Shown here piece after piece: positions 8,792 through 17,754 of a DNA stretch of 64,000 nucleotides. Made by a program: the position numbers and the translations under genes. The stretch comes from an uncultured virus (IMG/VR IMGVR_UViG_3300011223_000002). Lineage: Duplodnaviria; Heunggongvirae; Uroviricota; Caudoviricetes. The DNA is taken from IMG/VR virus record IMGVR_UViG_3300011223_000002, positions 62,001-126,000 of that record; one strand, written 5' to 3'. The notes under the pieces are model-generated. The model saw nothing but the letters and a program-made list of their open reading frames with translations, made no database searches and had not been told where the DNA came from. How positions within the stretch are numbered: position 1 is the first letter of the stretch; the number at the start of each line of letters is the position of its first letter.

Positions 8792-10117
8792 TTAATCACG
8801 CAACATGGCTCGGAGTTCGTCAGTGGTCTTTTTCGAGACACCCAGAGGTTCCAGCATGCGCTCGAGTACCTGGATACGATCCCTTGCCTGAGCCAGATCG
8901 TCTGTGTGGATAACGTCCCCGAAACCCGCCTCCTTTTCCTTTTCCACTACTGGCGCGTGATTCAGATAATTGCCTACGTGGTAAGCACCTAGGGCAAGCA
9001 ACGGATTGTTGTTTTGGTCCAGGCGTGTCACCTTATTGTAACCAATGCAGTAATGCAGGATTACCTTACCGTCTGCCTGGTGTGATTCTTTACCCTCGTA
9101 ACGAATGGTCAGTTCCAGGTAGTCTGCATCACCTACTTTGCGGATATACCCGCAGGTACGCACTTCCTTGTAACCGATAACCCCTACCGCATTCTGCCAC
9201 AGAGTCTGACCGCCGGCAAACTTATCGGCGGTGGTTTCGAGCAACCCCTTGAATAGCTCCGCCCAGCACGCGCTATCTAAGTGTCTTTTGTCTTCATCGC
9301 CAGTGGAACAATACTCTACCGGATATTTATTGAAATCAAACAATTCTGCAATGCCGTCGGGTGTGAAGCGAGGACCATAAAACATGAGATCAGAAATACC
9401 GTCTAATGCTGTGTAAATGAACCGCGCCAAAGGGATAGCGTAACTGTTGGCGTAAATACCAAAATACAGACCCGGGTAAGCATTCGTTATACAACGCGCG
9501 ATGATCACATAGGTACCAGTGCCGGCGAGGAGGAATTGCTTGGGATTCTCGTCGAAATTGGCCGTCGATATGCCAGGCGCCTTATCCAGGAATTCGGCGA
9601 CGGCTTGTTTCAATTTGTCAGTGTTTGGATAGCAACGAGGAGTAGTTCTTGCGTGCATGATGACCTCCACAGGAGTAGATGTTTTGTCAAGGAGTTCTTG
9701 TACCCGTTCAGCGAGTTCATTAAAACGGGTGGGGTGAGAGGTTACCGAACTATCCCAGGCGATTTTTAAAGGGTCGGTGTCTTTGTTGATCCGTCGAGCA
9801 ACGTCGTCGATAACAATAACGGCCAATCCCCCGAAGAGGATACGAACCTCCGAACATTTAGGTTTCCAGATCGTGACGCGGCCAAGTGGTAATGAACAGA
9901 GTTCATACCTGAGATGTTGTTTGGAGAGAGAACTAACGATTTCAGTAGATTTGATCGCAACTTCCCCCGCATGCCATCGGCTTACAAAGCGGTCCACCAT
10001 AGAGGCCAGTTCCGGGTTGATTTCTTCCGTTAATTGGATCTCCTTTGGCGAATCTTCCTTTTGGGTGCGTGTAAACAGTTTTGTAAACCGAGAAAGCGAT
10101 GTATGAATATTGTACAC
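8792..10117 (-). CDS. Hypothetical early protein
   Basis: Long ORF; GTG 10117 has a TAAGGAG RBS and lies downstream of the promoter motif, so preferred over TTG 10150. Confidence 0.7.
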   Translation of the reverse strand: MYNIHTSLSRFTKLFTRTQKEDSPKEIQLTEEINPELASMVDRFVSRWHAGEVAIKSTEIVSSLSKQHLRYELCSLPLGRVTIWKPKCSEVRILFGGLAVIVIDDVARRINKDTDPLKIAWDSSVTSHPTRFNELAERVQELLDKTSTPVEVIMHARTTPRCYPNTDKLKQAVAEFLDKAPGISTANFDENPKQFLLAGTGTYVIIARCITNAYPGLYFGIYANSYAIPLARFIYTALDGISDLMFYGPRFTPDGIAELFDFNKYPVEYCSTGDEDKRHLDSACWAELFKGLLETTADKFAGGQTLWQNAVGVIGYKEVRTCGYIRKVGDADYLELTIRYEGKESHQADGKVILHYCIGYNKVTRLDQNNNPLLALGAYHVGNYLNHAPVVEKEKEAGFGDVIHTDDLAQARDRIQVLERMLEPLGVSKKTTDELRAMLRD

Positions 10118-10142
10118 TGTTAACTCCTTACGGATAATACCC

Positions 10143-10172
10143 TTAGTCAAGTTGGTAATATAGGTTTAATAA
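10143..10172 (-). promoter_or_regulatory. Phage early promoter
   Basis: Minus strand ATTAAACCTATATTACC followed by TTGACTAA. Confidence 0.6.
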
Positions 10173-10198
10173 AAAATGGTAAGTTGTTGGAAATAAAG

Positions 10199-10224
10199 AC
10201 CTAGGTGGGGATGCCCACCTAGGT
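10199..10224 (-). terminator. Intrinsic terminator
   Basis: 11 bp stem ACCTAGGTGGG/CCCACCTAGGT plus U-rich tract. Confidence 0.7.
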
Positions 10225-10232
10225 ATGATCGG

Positions 10233-11066
10233 TCAACCTTGCTGCTTACTGCGCGGCAAGAGCGCTTCCTTCGCCTCGTTAATGGTAGCTCTGAATTCGT
10301 CAATCATGTCGACAGCAGGTTTTACTGAGCCAATGCCTGAGACCCTCGTCGTCCCATGGATGCTCATGAATTGCACCGTCCAGCTCGTTCTCAGCATAGG
10401 GTCTGGCGAGCGGGTGTCTGCGCAGAAGGTAATCGTCATCTCTTCATCTCCGCGACGGGCTATGAACAGCTCACGATTGTTATTCAGTGAGATGGCGAAA
10501 CATGGTTCCTCTACTGGCACTGAATCCAACACCATTACCAATTCGAGGAAGGGTTCCACCAGGGCCTTATTTACCTTGTTCGAAAAGTCAGGATCGTGCG
10601 AGTAGTGGTTGTGCACCTTCCGCGTTTCATTGATGGGGCTGGATTCAACCTGGCTCACCTCATCAATGTGATAAGGCTCGCCCTCTTTGCCGCGCTTGAC
10701 CACGAACGTATGTTGATGCGCGACGTCGTGGGCGACAGTAGTGAAATGCCCTTCTTTCCACTCGAGGGTGTGGAGTGACACGGTAACACCGAAAACTTCG
10801 CCAGGCTCTTGGCCTTCAATGAACGAGGCCACTACCGGTGGAAGGAGGGTGCGTTTACCCGTGTTGACAGCACCGACTTCTTTGAGCAGCTCGTTGTAGA
10901 CATGCAGGGCCTCGCTCTTGTACTGGAAGAACTCGGCACCGTTCAAGGTTTCACCGAACACCACTCGTTTGATCGGAGAGGTGTCTTCACCGAGAACAAT
11001 GGTGGTATACCCCAAGAACTTGGAAAAGTTAGGGGCGGAGAGTTCGATAAGGTAGGACTTTTTCAT
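10233..11066 (-). CDS. Hypothetical protein
   Basis: 277 aa ORF. Confidence 0.7.
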   Translation of the reverse strand: MKKSYLIELSAPNFSKFLGYTTIVLGEDTSPIKRVVFGETLNGAEFFQYKSEALHVYNELLKEVGAVNTGKRTLLPPVVASFIEGQEPGEVFGVTVSLHTLEWKEGHFTTVAHDVAHQHTFVVKRGKEGEPYHIDEVSQVESSPINETRKVHNHYSHDPDFSNKVNKALVEPFLELVMVLDSVPVEEPCFAISLNNNRELFIARRGDEEMTITFCADTRSPDPMLRTSWTVQFMSIHGTTRVSGIGSVKPAVDMIDEFRATINEAKEALLPRSKQQG

Positions 11067-11113
11067 GGAATAGACTCACAGAGAAATAATGGAAAAGGAC
11101 TGAGGTTCGGTGA

Positions 11114-11701
11114 TCAAAGGCGTATGACTTGGATCGGGGAACCCCCACGAGTGCATTTGATGTGTACAGATTGCCCATTGCTGGCAGTAAAGCGATGGAC
11201 AACCGTGTTGGTGATGTCACTGATCACGGTATCCTCGTACTTGTCCCCTGGTTTATCCGGAGGAGGTACGGTGAGGTCATACCCGAACAGCACATCGTTT
11301 TCAGGAAGTTTGAGTTTTGGTTTCATCCGCTCGGAAAGAGTGACGCCGGTACCGTCGGCTGTTACCCGTAACGTAGTCACCGAGCTCTCGCCATCGCCCG
11401 ATCTCAGTGGGAGTGTCTCCACCACAACCGTGTCTGCGTCGATTACCGCAAAATCAGGGAATTGAGAATTGACCCAGATGGCCAGCACGGGATCAGCGTC
11501 TTTTCCTTGGGTCAGTGTATGAACCACTTCACCCTGAATGGCTGTTGCGGGCTCTGCAGACGAGATTGGAAACAGCTCAGCCCCGCTCTCAGGTATGGGG
11601 TAGGGTGAGACCCCGTACTCGTTTCGACGAACCCCGCAGCGAGCGATTTCTTTCTCTTCCTTGTCGAAGATGGTCAGGATAACGATATAAAGTTTGTTCA
11701 T
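11114..11701 (-). CDS. Hypothetical protein
   Basis: 195 aa, ATGA overlap with the upstream gene. Confidence 0.7.
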   Translation of the reverse strand: MNKLYIVILTIFDKEEKEIARCGVRRNEYGVSPYPIPESGAELFPISSAEPATAIQGEVVHTLTQGKDADPVLAIWVNSQFPDFAVIDADTVVVETLPLRSGDGESSVTTLRVTADGTGVTLSERMKPKLKLPENDVLFGYDLTVPPPDKPGDKYEDTVISDITNTVVHRFTASNGQSVHIKCTRGGSPIQVIRL

Positions 11702-12354
11702 TGATCATTGCCCTCTTTGATAACTATATTGTCGGGGTTGCCCTCCAACCTGAACACTCTTGGCGCCTCGTGGCGGAACTCTTCTACCACCCACCCCCAG
11801 TAACCTTCGCGAGTGTTGTCACCCATGACGGCTTCCTTCCAGTCATCAACAGTGAAGGTTGGATGGTAGCCACCGTTCAGCTCGAGGTACTTGACTTCCA
11901 GCTCTTCGGCGCTCATGCGACGTTCTTCTTTCTCAGGGAACAACCCATCAAAGATTCGCACACATTCAATGAACTCCTCGTCGGAGGTCGCAGTCAAATG
12001 ACCTCGACTGTCACGCCGTTCGCGAATCAAGGAGAGCTCAAGCTCCTTAGACGAAAGATAGGCTGCATGCGGCGGCTTCTTGCAGAGGAAGCTTACAATG
12101 AGCTTATCACCATTAGTTTCACCATTCGGTGTAACTGTTATGGTAGCTCGCAAGGGGCCGTCGTCAAAGGGTACCCACCGACACACCTGTTTCGTAACCA
12201 AATAGCCGGTATTGTCCACCATCGCATGCTGTTTGTAAGTGGTTAAAATGGCAGGTACCCAGTCTCCATCACGAAGGATGCGGTTGACAATCTTGACAAG
12301 TGTCATGAAGGCCTTGTCGTACTTGACACTGGTAGTGCGTTGTTTGGTACTCAT
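11698..12354 (-). CDS. Hypothetical protein
   Basis: Start ATG 12354 with GGAGG RBS (the track's start lies inside a terminator); C-terminal HPTFTVDDWKEAV...TREGYWGWV segment. Confidence 0.7.
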   Translation of the reverse strand: MSTKQRTTSVKYDKAFMTLVKIVNRILRDGDWVPAILTTYKQHAMVDNTGYLVTKQVCRWVPFDDGPLRATITVTPNGETNGDKLIVSFLCKKPPHAAYLSSKELELSLIRERRDSRGHLTATSDEEFIECVRIFDGLFPEKEERRMSAEELEVKYLELNGGYHPTFTVDDWKEAVMGDNTREGYWGWVVEEFRHEAPRVFRLEGNPDNIVIKEGNDQ

Positions 12355-12387
12355 GCTCAGAACCTCCAAAGAAAAAATAAATGGAGA

Positions 12388-12411
12388 CCAGGGGATCACA
12401 TGATCCCCTGG
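12388..12411 (-). terminator. Intrinsic terminator
   Basis: CCAGGGGATCA/TGATCCCCTGG stem; U tract a few nt downstream. Confidence 0.65.
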
Positions 12412-12423
12412 GTACTTCAGTGG

Positions 12424-13905
12424 TTACGCGCTGAACATCGGCACGAAGCCATCAGCGGCGGTGGTGGTTTGCGCTGGCGCTGGGCGAATGGCTTCCGGCA
12501 GACGCTGGAGGGTGTCTTCGCCGCCAGGAACGATGGCGACCAGACCTTGGCTCGAGACTGCACGGCCCAGGCTGGAACCGAGGCCGCCTGCCACCAGACC
12601 GATCGAACCGCTCAGGATGTAACGACCGGTGTCACTGTCCATGACCTTCTCGGCAGCTTCAGCCAGGAAGTAGGCACCGACAGCACCGACAGCAGTACCT
12701 ACGCCAGCACCGATGCCGATGCCGCCACGGGTAACCATTTCGATACCACCGCCGACAACAGCCGCTACTGCACCCACGACACCGCTGGAGAAGCCGGAGT
12801 CACGGTTACCGCGCATGCTGCGTTGCACGGTAGCGACCAGGCCTTCAGCTTGCGCCTGGACTGCCGACTCGGCCGGGGCGTGATTGGCGGGGATGAAGAT
12901 GAAGGCGCTGAACTTGGCGGTCAGGTCTGGGTTCTTCTTCAGGAACTCTTCGAACACGGCCTGGGAGTCCATGTTGGAGTGGTTCTTGCTGAAGGCCAGG
13001 AAGCTGGCGGTCAGGTCGGTGTTGTTACGCAGGAAGTTGCCTTCCACCACTTTGAACTTGTCCATGTCGGCGATGCCGGCTTGGTCGAGCAGGGTGATGA
13101 ACGCCGGGGAGGCTTTGATCAGCACGGGTTCTTGGTGAGTGGCCGCACCGACGCCACGGGAGTTTTCCAGCAGTTGTTCGGCCAGGGATTTGTCTTGGTT
13201 GGAAGTGGTCATGGTGTCATTCTCCAGAGTGAGTTCTTGACGGGTTGTTTCGGATTGGGTGTTGTGGTTGGTTTGTGCAGCTTCAACGAGATCCACAAAC
13301 TCGTTGAAGCCCTTACGAGCAACAGGATGACTGAGGGTGAACTCCACGATGGCGAAGTCAGAGAGGATGAGATCCTCCTCCTCGTTCAGAGTGCTTTCCT
13401 CGAGACGGGTCACGATCTGAGAGAACACATCCTGCTCACCTTCGTCGAGTTCCTCGAGGTACTCTTGGTAGAGTTCTTCGCGACCTTCGTTACCACGTTC
13501 TGCGATAACGGGAAGACGGCTGTGAAGTACCGCCACGAATGCCCGGGTTTGATCCAACGAATGGACGAACTCCTTCTTCGCCTCTTCCTTTGGAGCCTCG
13601 GTGGTTTCTTCGGTCAGGGCCTTGCCGTCGACCTTGCCCGACAAGCCATCGGTGTGGACGGCGGCGCCGGTCTTTTTGGCGCGGTTGACTTGGGCCATGC
13701 TGAACGAGGTCCCCAGGGCGCTGTTCACTTTCTTCAGCACCTGGTTGCGTTTGTTGGTGGCGAAGTGGTCGAGGTCGAAAAGGAAGCCACTGAACGAGGT
13801 CAACAGCTCAGGCTGGGAGACACCCTTGTCCCGCAGACCTTTCAGCGTGTCGATGGTCAGGGCCAGGGATTGATCGAAATCAGCAGCAGGTTTGTTAGCG
13901 GTCAT
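12424..13905 (-). CDS. Highly expressed early protein with a C-terminal glycine-zipper membrane domain; possible nested isoform from ATG 13212
   Basis: 493 aa, AAGGAG RBS, strong codon bias, GxxxG-rich hydrophobic C-terminus; monocistronic between promoter and terminator. Confidence 0.8.
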   Translation of the reverse strand: MTANKPAADFDQSLALTIDTLKGLRDKGVSQPELLTSFSGFLFDLDHFATNKRNQVLKKVNSALGTSFSMAQVNRAKKTGAAVHTDGLSGKVDGKALTEETTEAPKEEAKKEFVHSLDQTRAFVAVLHSRLPVIAERGNEGREELYQEYLEELDEGEQDVFSQIVTRLEESTLNEEEDLILSDFAIVEFTLSHPVARKGFNEFVDLVEAAQTNHNTQSETTRQELTLENDTMTTSNQDKSLAEQLLENSRGVGAATHQEPVLIKASPAFITLLDQAGIADMDKFKVVEGNFLRNNTDLTASFLAFSKNHSNMDSQAVFEEFLKKNPDLTAKFSAFIFIPANHAPAESAVQAQAEGLVATVQRSMRGNRDSGFSSGVVGAVAAVVGGGIEMVTRGGIGIGAGVGTAVGAVGAYFLAEAAEKVMDSDTGRYILSGSIGLVAGGLGSSLGRAVSSQGLVAIVPGGEDTLQRLPEAIRPAPAQTTTAADGFVPMFSA

Positions 13906-13970
13906 GATGAACTCCTTGCCGGTATTGGCAAATTAATGAGTGTATACAAAACATTTAAATATTCTGTACG

Positions 13971-14019
13971 CTTATTCACACTAACAATGTAGGTTTGAAT
14001 TTGGCCTAAACTTAAATTT
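13971..14019 (-). promoter_or_regulatory. Phage early promoter module
   Basis: Minus strand AAATTTAAGTT-N15-CCTACATT-N6-GTGAATAAG; colinear with 51441..51489. Confidence 0.75.
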
Positions 14020-14039
14020 TAAAAGATGAAAAAGAAACC

Positions 14040-14071
14040 TACCTCCCAGTCCCGCAAAGGACTGGGAGGTA
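14040..14071 (-). terminator. Intrinsic terminator (CCTAC-stem family)
   Basis: 13 bp stem TACCTCCCAGTCC/GGACTGGGAGGTA, U tract on the minus strand. Confidence 0.7.
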
Positions 14072-14078
14072 ATATAGG

Positions 14079-14510
14079 CTACTTAGTGCCAAAAGAGGTG
14101 CGGCTAAAGGTCAGCTCACGCCCCGCCCAATCGGAGAAGGCTTGTTCCAGCTTGAGAATGTCGTACTTGTCGAAATCGTACGTCAGGGACATGTGCGGCA
14201 TAGGAGAAGGGAACGAATGCACGTAACCAGAATCAACCAGTCGCTGGTATTCCTTTACCATAGCGGCGCTGTAGAGATGGAACACCAAACCCTCACCCAG
14301 CACCTCAAGACGCGTGATATTAGCCTTGAACTCCTGGTTGTAATCCAATTCCGCCAGGGGTTCATCGAACGTGCGTTCGTCATAGATCAGTGTGGCGTGC
14401 AGATCGTGTTTCGGTGTAGGCGGAATACCATTGTTCACCAGGATGCCGATGATCTCTTCTACTTCAGGCCCTACCAGAAAACAACTCACATAGTTGTAAC
14501 AGATGGTCAT
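14079..14510 (-). CDS. acb1: 2H phosphodiesterase, Acb1/T4 gp57B-like (anti-CBASS candidate)
   Basis: Two HxT/S motifs, DLHATLIYD and HSFPSPMPHMSLTYD, with size and spacing like T4 57B as recalled (IHSTICYS ... HDFDDYTPHITLSYN); start ATG 14510 with AAGGA RBS. Confidence 0.75.
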   Translation of the reverse strand: MTICYNYVSCFLVGPEVEEIIGILVNNGIPPTPKHDLHATLIYDERTFDEPLAELDYNQEFKANITRLEVLGEGLVFHLYSAAMVKEYQRLVDSGYVHSFPSPMPHMSLTYDFDKYDILKLEQAFSDWAGRELTFSRTSFGTK

Positions 14511-14585
14511 ACCGTTGTCCTTAGGCAAAAAATAAAGACCGCTGGGTTTCCCCAGCAGCCCCTATTAAATGGTTATAACCTTCTG

Positions 14586-14765
14586 TTACGCCACGGCCTT
14601 CATGTAGCGAGGGTTAGGTACGTGGATGGCTACGATGGGTCCACCCTTACGCATGCGCGCACGGATACGGTAGATGGCGGCTTCGATGCGCTTCAACTGT
14701 TCTTCATCGCGATAACCAAAGCCAGTGCGATCAGCACTCAGTTCGAAACGGTATTCACTTTCCAT
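14586..14765 (-). CDS. Small protein (59 aa)
   Basis: Hand translation MESEYRFELSADRTGFGYRDEEQLKRIEAAIYRIRARMRKGGPIVAIHVPNPRYMKAVA. Confidence 0.55.
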   Translation of the reverse strand: MESEYRFELSADRTGFGYRDEEQLKRIEAAIYRIRARMRKGGPIVAIHVPNPRYMKAVA

Positions 14766-14814
14766 GGTAATCTTCTCTTGTTAAATGTTGATAGAAAGGG
14801 TGACTTATAACATG

Positions 14815-15276
14815 TCACTCGGGTGGGGTGTAGGTGGTGGTCTTACCCAACATCCCCTCCATCATTTCGTTGACCCAACGACCGCCAGCCATCTCTACCG
14901 CTCGCCAGTCTGCAAACCCACCCAACTCCTTGGCGATTTCTTCGAGCAAGCGAGGGTGGAAGCAATGGTCGATGTGCAGGTTTGTACCTACCCGTTCTTC
15001 GATAGCGTTGATATCGACCAGTGGGTTGTTGTAGCTGAGTTTCTCAACACGACCATCAGGGTGGAGTAGCTGGATGTTGTACCACTTGCTGTAGTTTTCC
15101 AGAGTAACGACAATTCCCCGCTCCTCTGGCGTTTGGCAGAGCAAGGGGAGCCCGCGGTCACTGGTATACAGTACCGTTTCTGGTTGACTTTCCACGGTAA
15201 GCCATTTGATCCGATGCTCGCCAGGGAACTTGTGCTTGTCAAGGTCTTCCTGGGAAAAGGGTTTGCTTTTAGGCAC
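14815..15276 (-). CDS. Hypothetical protein
   Basis: 153 aa, AAGGA RBS. Confidence 0.65.
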   Translation of the reverse strand: MPKSKPFSQEDLDKHKFPGEHRIKWLTVESQPETVLYTSDRGLPLLCQTPEERGIVVTLENYSKWYNIQLLHPDGRVEKLSYNNPLVDINAIEERVGTNLHIDHCFHPRLLEEIAKELGGFADWRAVEMAGGRWVNEMMEGMLGKTTTYTPPE

Positions 15277-15280
15277 AGGG

Positions 15281-16129
15281 TTATTCCTTATCTTCAGAAT
15301 TCAGGTACAAGTGAGATGCAGCGAACCGGTAATCCTCGAAAGGAATCGAGAAAGCCGCCGCCCTGCGATGCCCACCACCGCCGAAGCGCGTAGCAACCTC
15401 GGACAGGTCCACATCACCTCGTCCGCGTAGGGAGTAGATGCGCTTGTCGCTCCCATCGGAGTACATCACCGCAAAAGGAACCCCCTCTCCGAGCAGATTA
15501 CCGATATCGTTGGTAAAGCAGGAGTTCACGTTTACGACAGGTACAGTGAATTCGTCAACCCGCATGGTTCGCTTGGTTTTGGCGAATTTCCCCACCCATT
15601 TAGCTTGCTGGCGAAGTAAGGCAACCCCTTCGTTACAGATACTGGCGACTGAACTGTTCACCAGGCTGTCAAACTCTTCTACCGAATACTCGTAACTTTG
15701 TGCGGCGGCATTCCAAGCTCTGGTCTCAGGGTATTGGTATTTCCACAGGTCGTAGTCTTCAACCAACAACAAGGGGAAGGGTGGCTCGGTGTTGTAGAAG
15801 TGCTTCCAGGTAAGTACGGCACCAGAATGACTCTGGTTAACCTCCACCAACCCTTCCAATGCTTTTGCAGCAGAAGCGTGGTGGTCGAGAACTGTTAACT
15901 CGCAGATCTTCTTTGCGGCGATGACAAAGTCACGCGGCCAGCTGAAGTCGACCAGGTATACCTGGCGATCACGAAGGGTGTCGTGTTCTGGCAGTGACTC
16001 ACCGTACTGTTTGGCGATCAGTTCTACCTGGCCTTCGAAATGCTTCCACACCACCCACGCTGATGCAATTCCATCCAAGCAGTTCTTGTGGTAAAAGCAA
16101 AGCGGGAGTTTTTTCTCTTCGGTATTCAT
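15281..16129 (-). CDS. DHH/DHHA1 family phosphoesterase
   Basis: YHKNCLDG, LVDFS, VLDHH and C-terminal SLR...FGGGGHRRAAAF motifs. Confidence 0.88.
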   Translation of the reverse strand: MNTEEKKLPLCFYHKNCLDGIASAWVVWKHFEGQVELIAKQYGESLPEHDTLRDRQVYLVDFSWPRDFVIAAKKICELTVLDHHASAAKALEGLVEVNQSHSGAVLTWKHFYNTEPPFPLLLVEDYDLWKYQYPETRAWNAAAQSYEYSVEEFDSLVNSSVASICNEGVALLRQQAKWVGKFAKTKRTMRVDEFTVPVVNVNSCFTNDIGNLLGEGVPFAVMYSDGSDKRIYSLRGRGDVDLSEVATRFGGGGHRRAAAFSIPFEDYRFAASHLYLNSEDKE

Positions 16130-16146
16130 TAACCCATTCCTAACTA

Positions 16147-16851
16147 TTAGTTCTGGCAGATCACGTCAACGCAGCGGAATACTGCAAACGTGCCTTCTTT
16201 TTCTTCGGCCAGTCGTTTAGCCTCTGTAACAGCAAGGTCCAGACGCTGGTGCCGATATGGCGCGCGAGTAAAGAGCACGCTACCCGTCTTTGTTACAGCG
16301 CCGACAACGTAACGACCCATGATCCGATCGTAGGCTGGCTTGTAAGTCGGCTGCCTGAAACAGCTGAGATCTCGATGGTACATACAAAAGCCTTCGAACA
16401 TCGAGCGTACATGAAGGTTGATGTATTCACCTTCGGCATTCAATGAAAGACCGCCCTCACCTAAAGGCTCCTCTCGTGCCTTCATCAAACGCTCAAATTC
16501 CCCCTTGAGCGTGAGGACGGCCGCTGGCTTGGCACTGTTGGGGTAATCGTTCTTGGGCGGAGTAAGAGGCTTCTTAGGGTGTTGCTCCTTCACCAAAGGC
16601 AGAGCGAGTATGTAGGGATCGTCTGGACCAGAAGGCTCATAAACCAAGACGTCACTCGCTTCGTCGAAGTTCCAGGCTAAGCGACGACGGAACACTTCAA
16701 CCGCCTCCTGCAAAGCACCCTCGATGTCGTGCTCTGGTAAATTCTGTTCAGTCGCCAGTTCAGTCGATCGCTTCTTCAGCCAAACGGTGCTAACTGCTCT
16801 TAGTTGAACAGGCGTTGGGTGAAGAATAGCCTGCTGGTCTTTGTTTTCCAT
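16147..16851 (-). CDS. Hypothetical protein
   Basis: 234 aa; C-terminal AVTEAKRLAE motif common in phage ORFs. Confidence 0.65.
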   Translation of the reverse strand: MENKDQQAILHPTPVQLRAVSTVWLKKRSTELATEQNLPEHDIEGALQEAVEVFRRRLAWNFDEASDVLVYEPSGPDDPYILALPLVKEQHPKKPLTPPKNDYPNSAKPAAVLTLKGEFERLMKAREEPLGEGGLSLNAEGEYINLHVRSMFEGFCMYHRDLSCFRQPTYKPAYDRIMGRYVVGAVTKTGSVLFTRAPYRHQRLDLAVTEAKRLAEEKEGTFAVFRCVDVICQN

Positions 16852-16860
16852 GGTAATGTC

Positions 16861-17154
16861 CTAAAGTTCTTTAACCAATAAGTAAAATTTCTTCACAGGT
16901 GAGGCAGAGTAGCAGTTCGGGTCTTCAGCGATAACCATTTCCACACTCTGGATCGAATAGTTTTTGCACGTCACCCAGAAGAAGACGTTTTCTTTTTCGG
17001 TAGGGAGTTTAAGGATTACCTCGTGCTCAGTATAGACGCCGAGAATTTCCTTCATGCAGGCCGGGTTGTGGGTATCGCTCGCGCGATTGTTGCCGTACTC
17101 GTATACCCAACGACCGGTGGTCTTATCCAGGCTGAAGTTGATCTTCTTGGCCAT
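16861..17154 (-). CDS. Hypothetical protein
   Basis: 97 aa, coupled to neighbours. Confidence 0.6.
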   Translation of the reverse strand: MAKKINFSLDKTTGRWVYEYGNNRASDTHNPACMKEILGVYTEHEVILKLPTEKENVFFWVTCKNYSIQSVEMVIAEDPNCYSASPVKKFYLLVKEL

Positions 17155-17429
17155 TACGAGTTATCCAGGTCATTGATCGTGAAGCGATGGATAGGAAGGG
17201 GCATGCGCTCGCCGGGTGTATAGGCGACAGCGCAATCGATAAACCCGTTCTTGACATGGATGTGCAAGAGCTTACGTTCGACCAAACACTCACGCACCAC
17301 AATAACGTGAGGGCCACCCACGACACCCAGCACTTCTTCCAAGGCTTTGGTATCAATGTCGTTGGCAGCTACATCATTGTGCTTACGGTAGCGCCATTTC
17401 AAACCGTGTTTAAAAAAGGTGTAGCTCAT
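17154..17429 (-). CDS. Hypothetical protein
   Basis: 91 aa, coupled to neighbours. Confidence 0.6.
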   Translation of the reverse strand: MSYTFFKHGLKWRYRKHNDVAANDIDTKALEEVLGVVGGPHVIVVRECLVERKLLHIHVKNGFIDCAVAYTPGERMPLPIHRFTINDLDNS

Positions 17430-17734
17430 TTCCCTTCCCCTTTATGCTTGTGCGCCGCAGTGACCCGCTCGAGGTCTTGCAGTACTTTAATCCCTTCTTC
17501 CATTGACCAGAACTCCCGTAACAACACAGAATCACCCGAATTGACAACCCGCATCAGCGGTTTTACGGAGCGCTCCAGATCGTAGATCAGGATATGCATC
17601 GCCCCTTTGTGAATCACCCCCACCAGGTATTTATTTTTGATGGTGTAGTGGCGGGATTTCGGGTTATTGTTTTTAATGCGCTGGTACAGGTCAGCAACAG
17701 CAGGTGAAGTAAGTTTCAGAACACCAGATGACAT
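17426..17734 (-). CDS. Hypothetical protein
   Basis: 102 aa, AAGGGG RBS. Confidence 0.6.
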   Translation of the reverse strand: MSSGVLKLTSPAVADLYQRIKNNNPKSRHYTIKNKYLVGVIHKGAMHILIYDLERSVKPLMRVVNSGDSVLLREFWSMEEGIKVLQDLERVTAAHKHKGEGK

Positions 17735-17754
17735 GTCTATCCCCTTAGACGGTA

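Noticed and set aside
12340..13992. 550 aa + strand ORF antisense to the glycine-zipper gene
   Set aside because: Same codon-bias artefact; it starts across a terminator hairpin
14066..14082. Promoter-like GCCTATATTACC at the end of the Acb1-like gene
   Set aside because: Overlaps the terminator stem and lacks the flanking elements; a complete module lies ~60-80 bp downstream, so this may be chance or a relic
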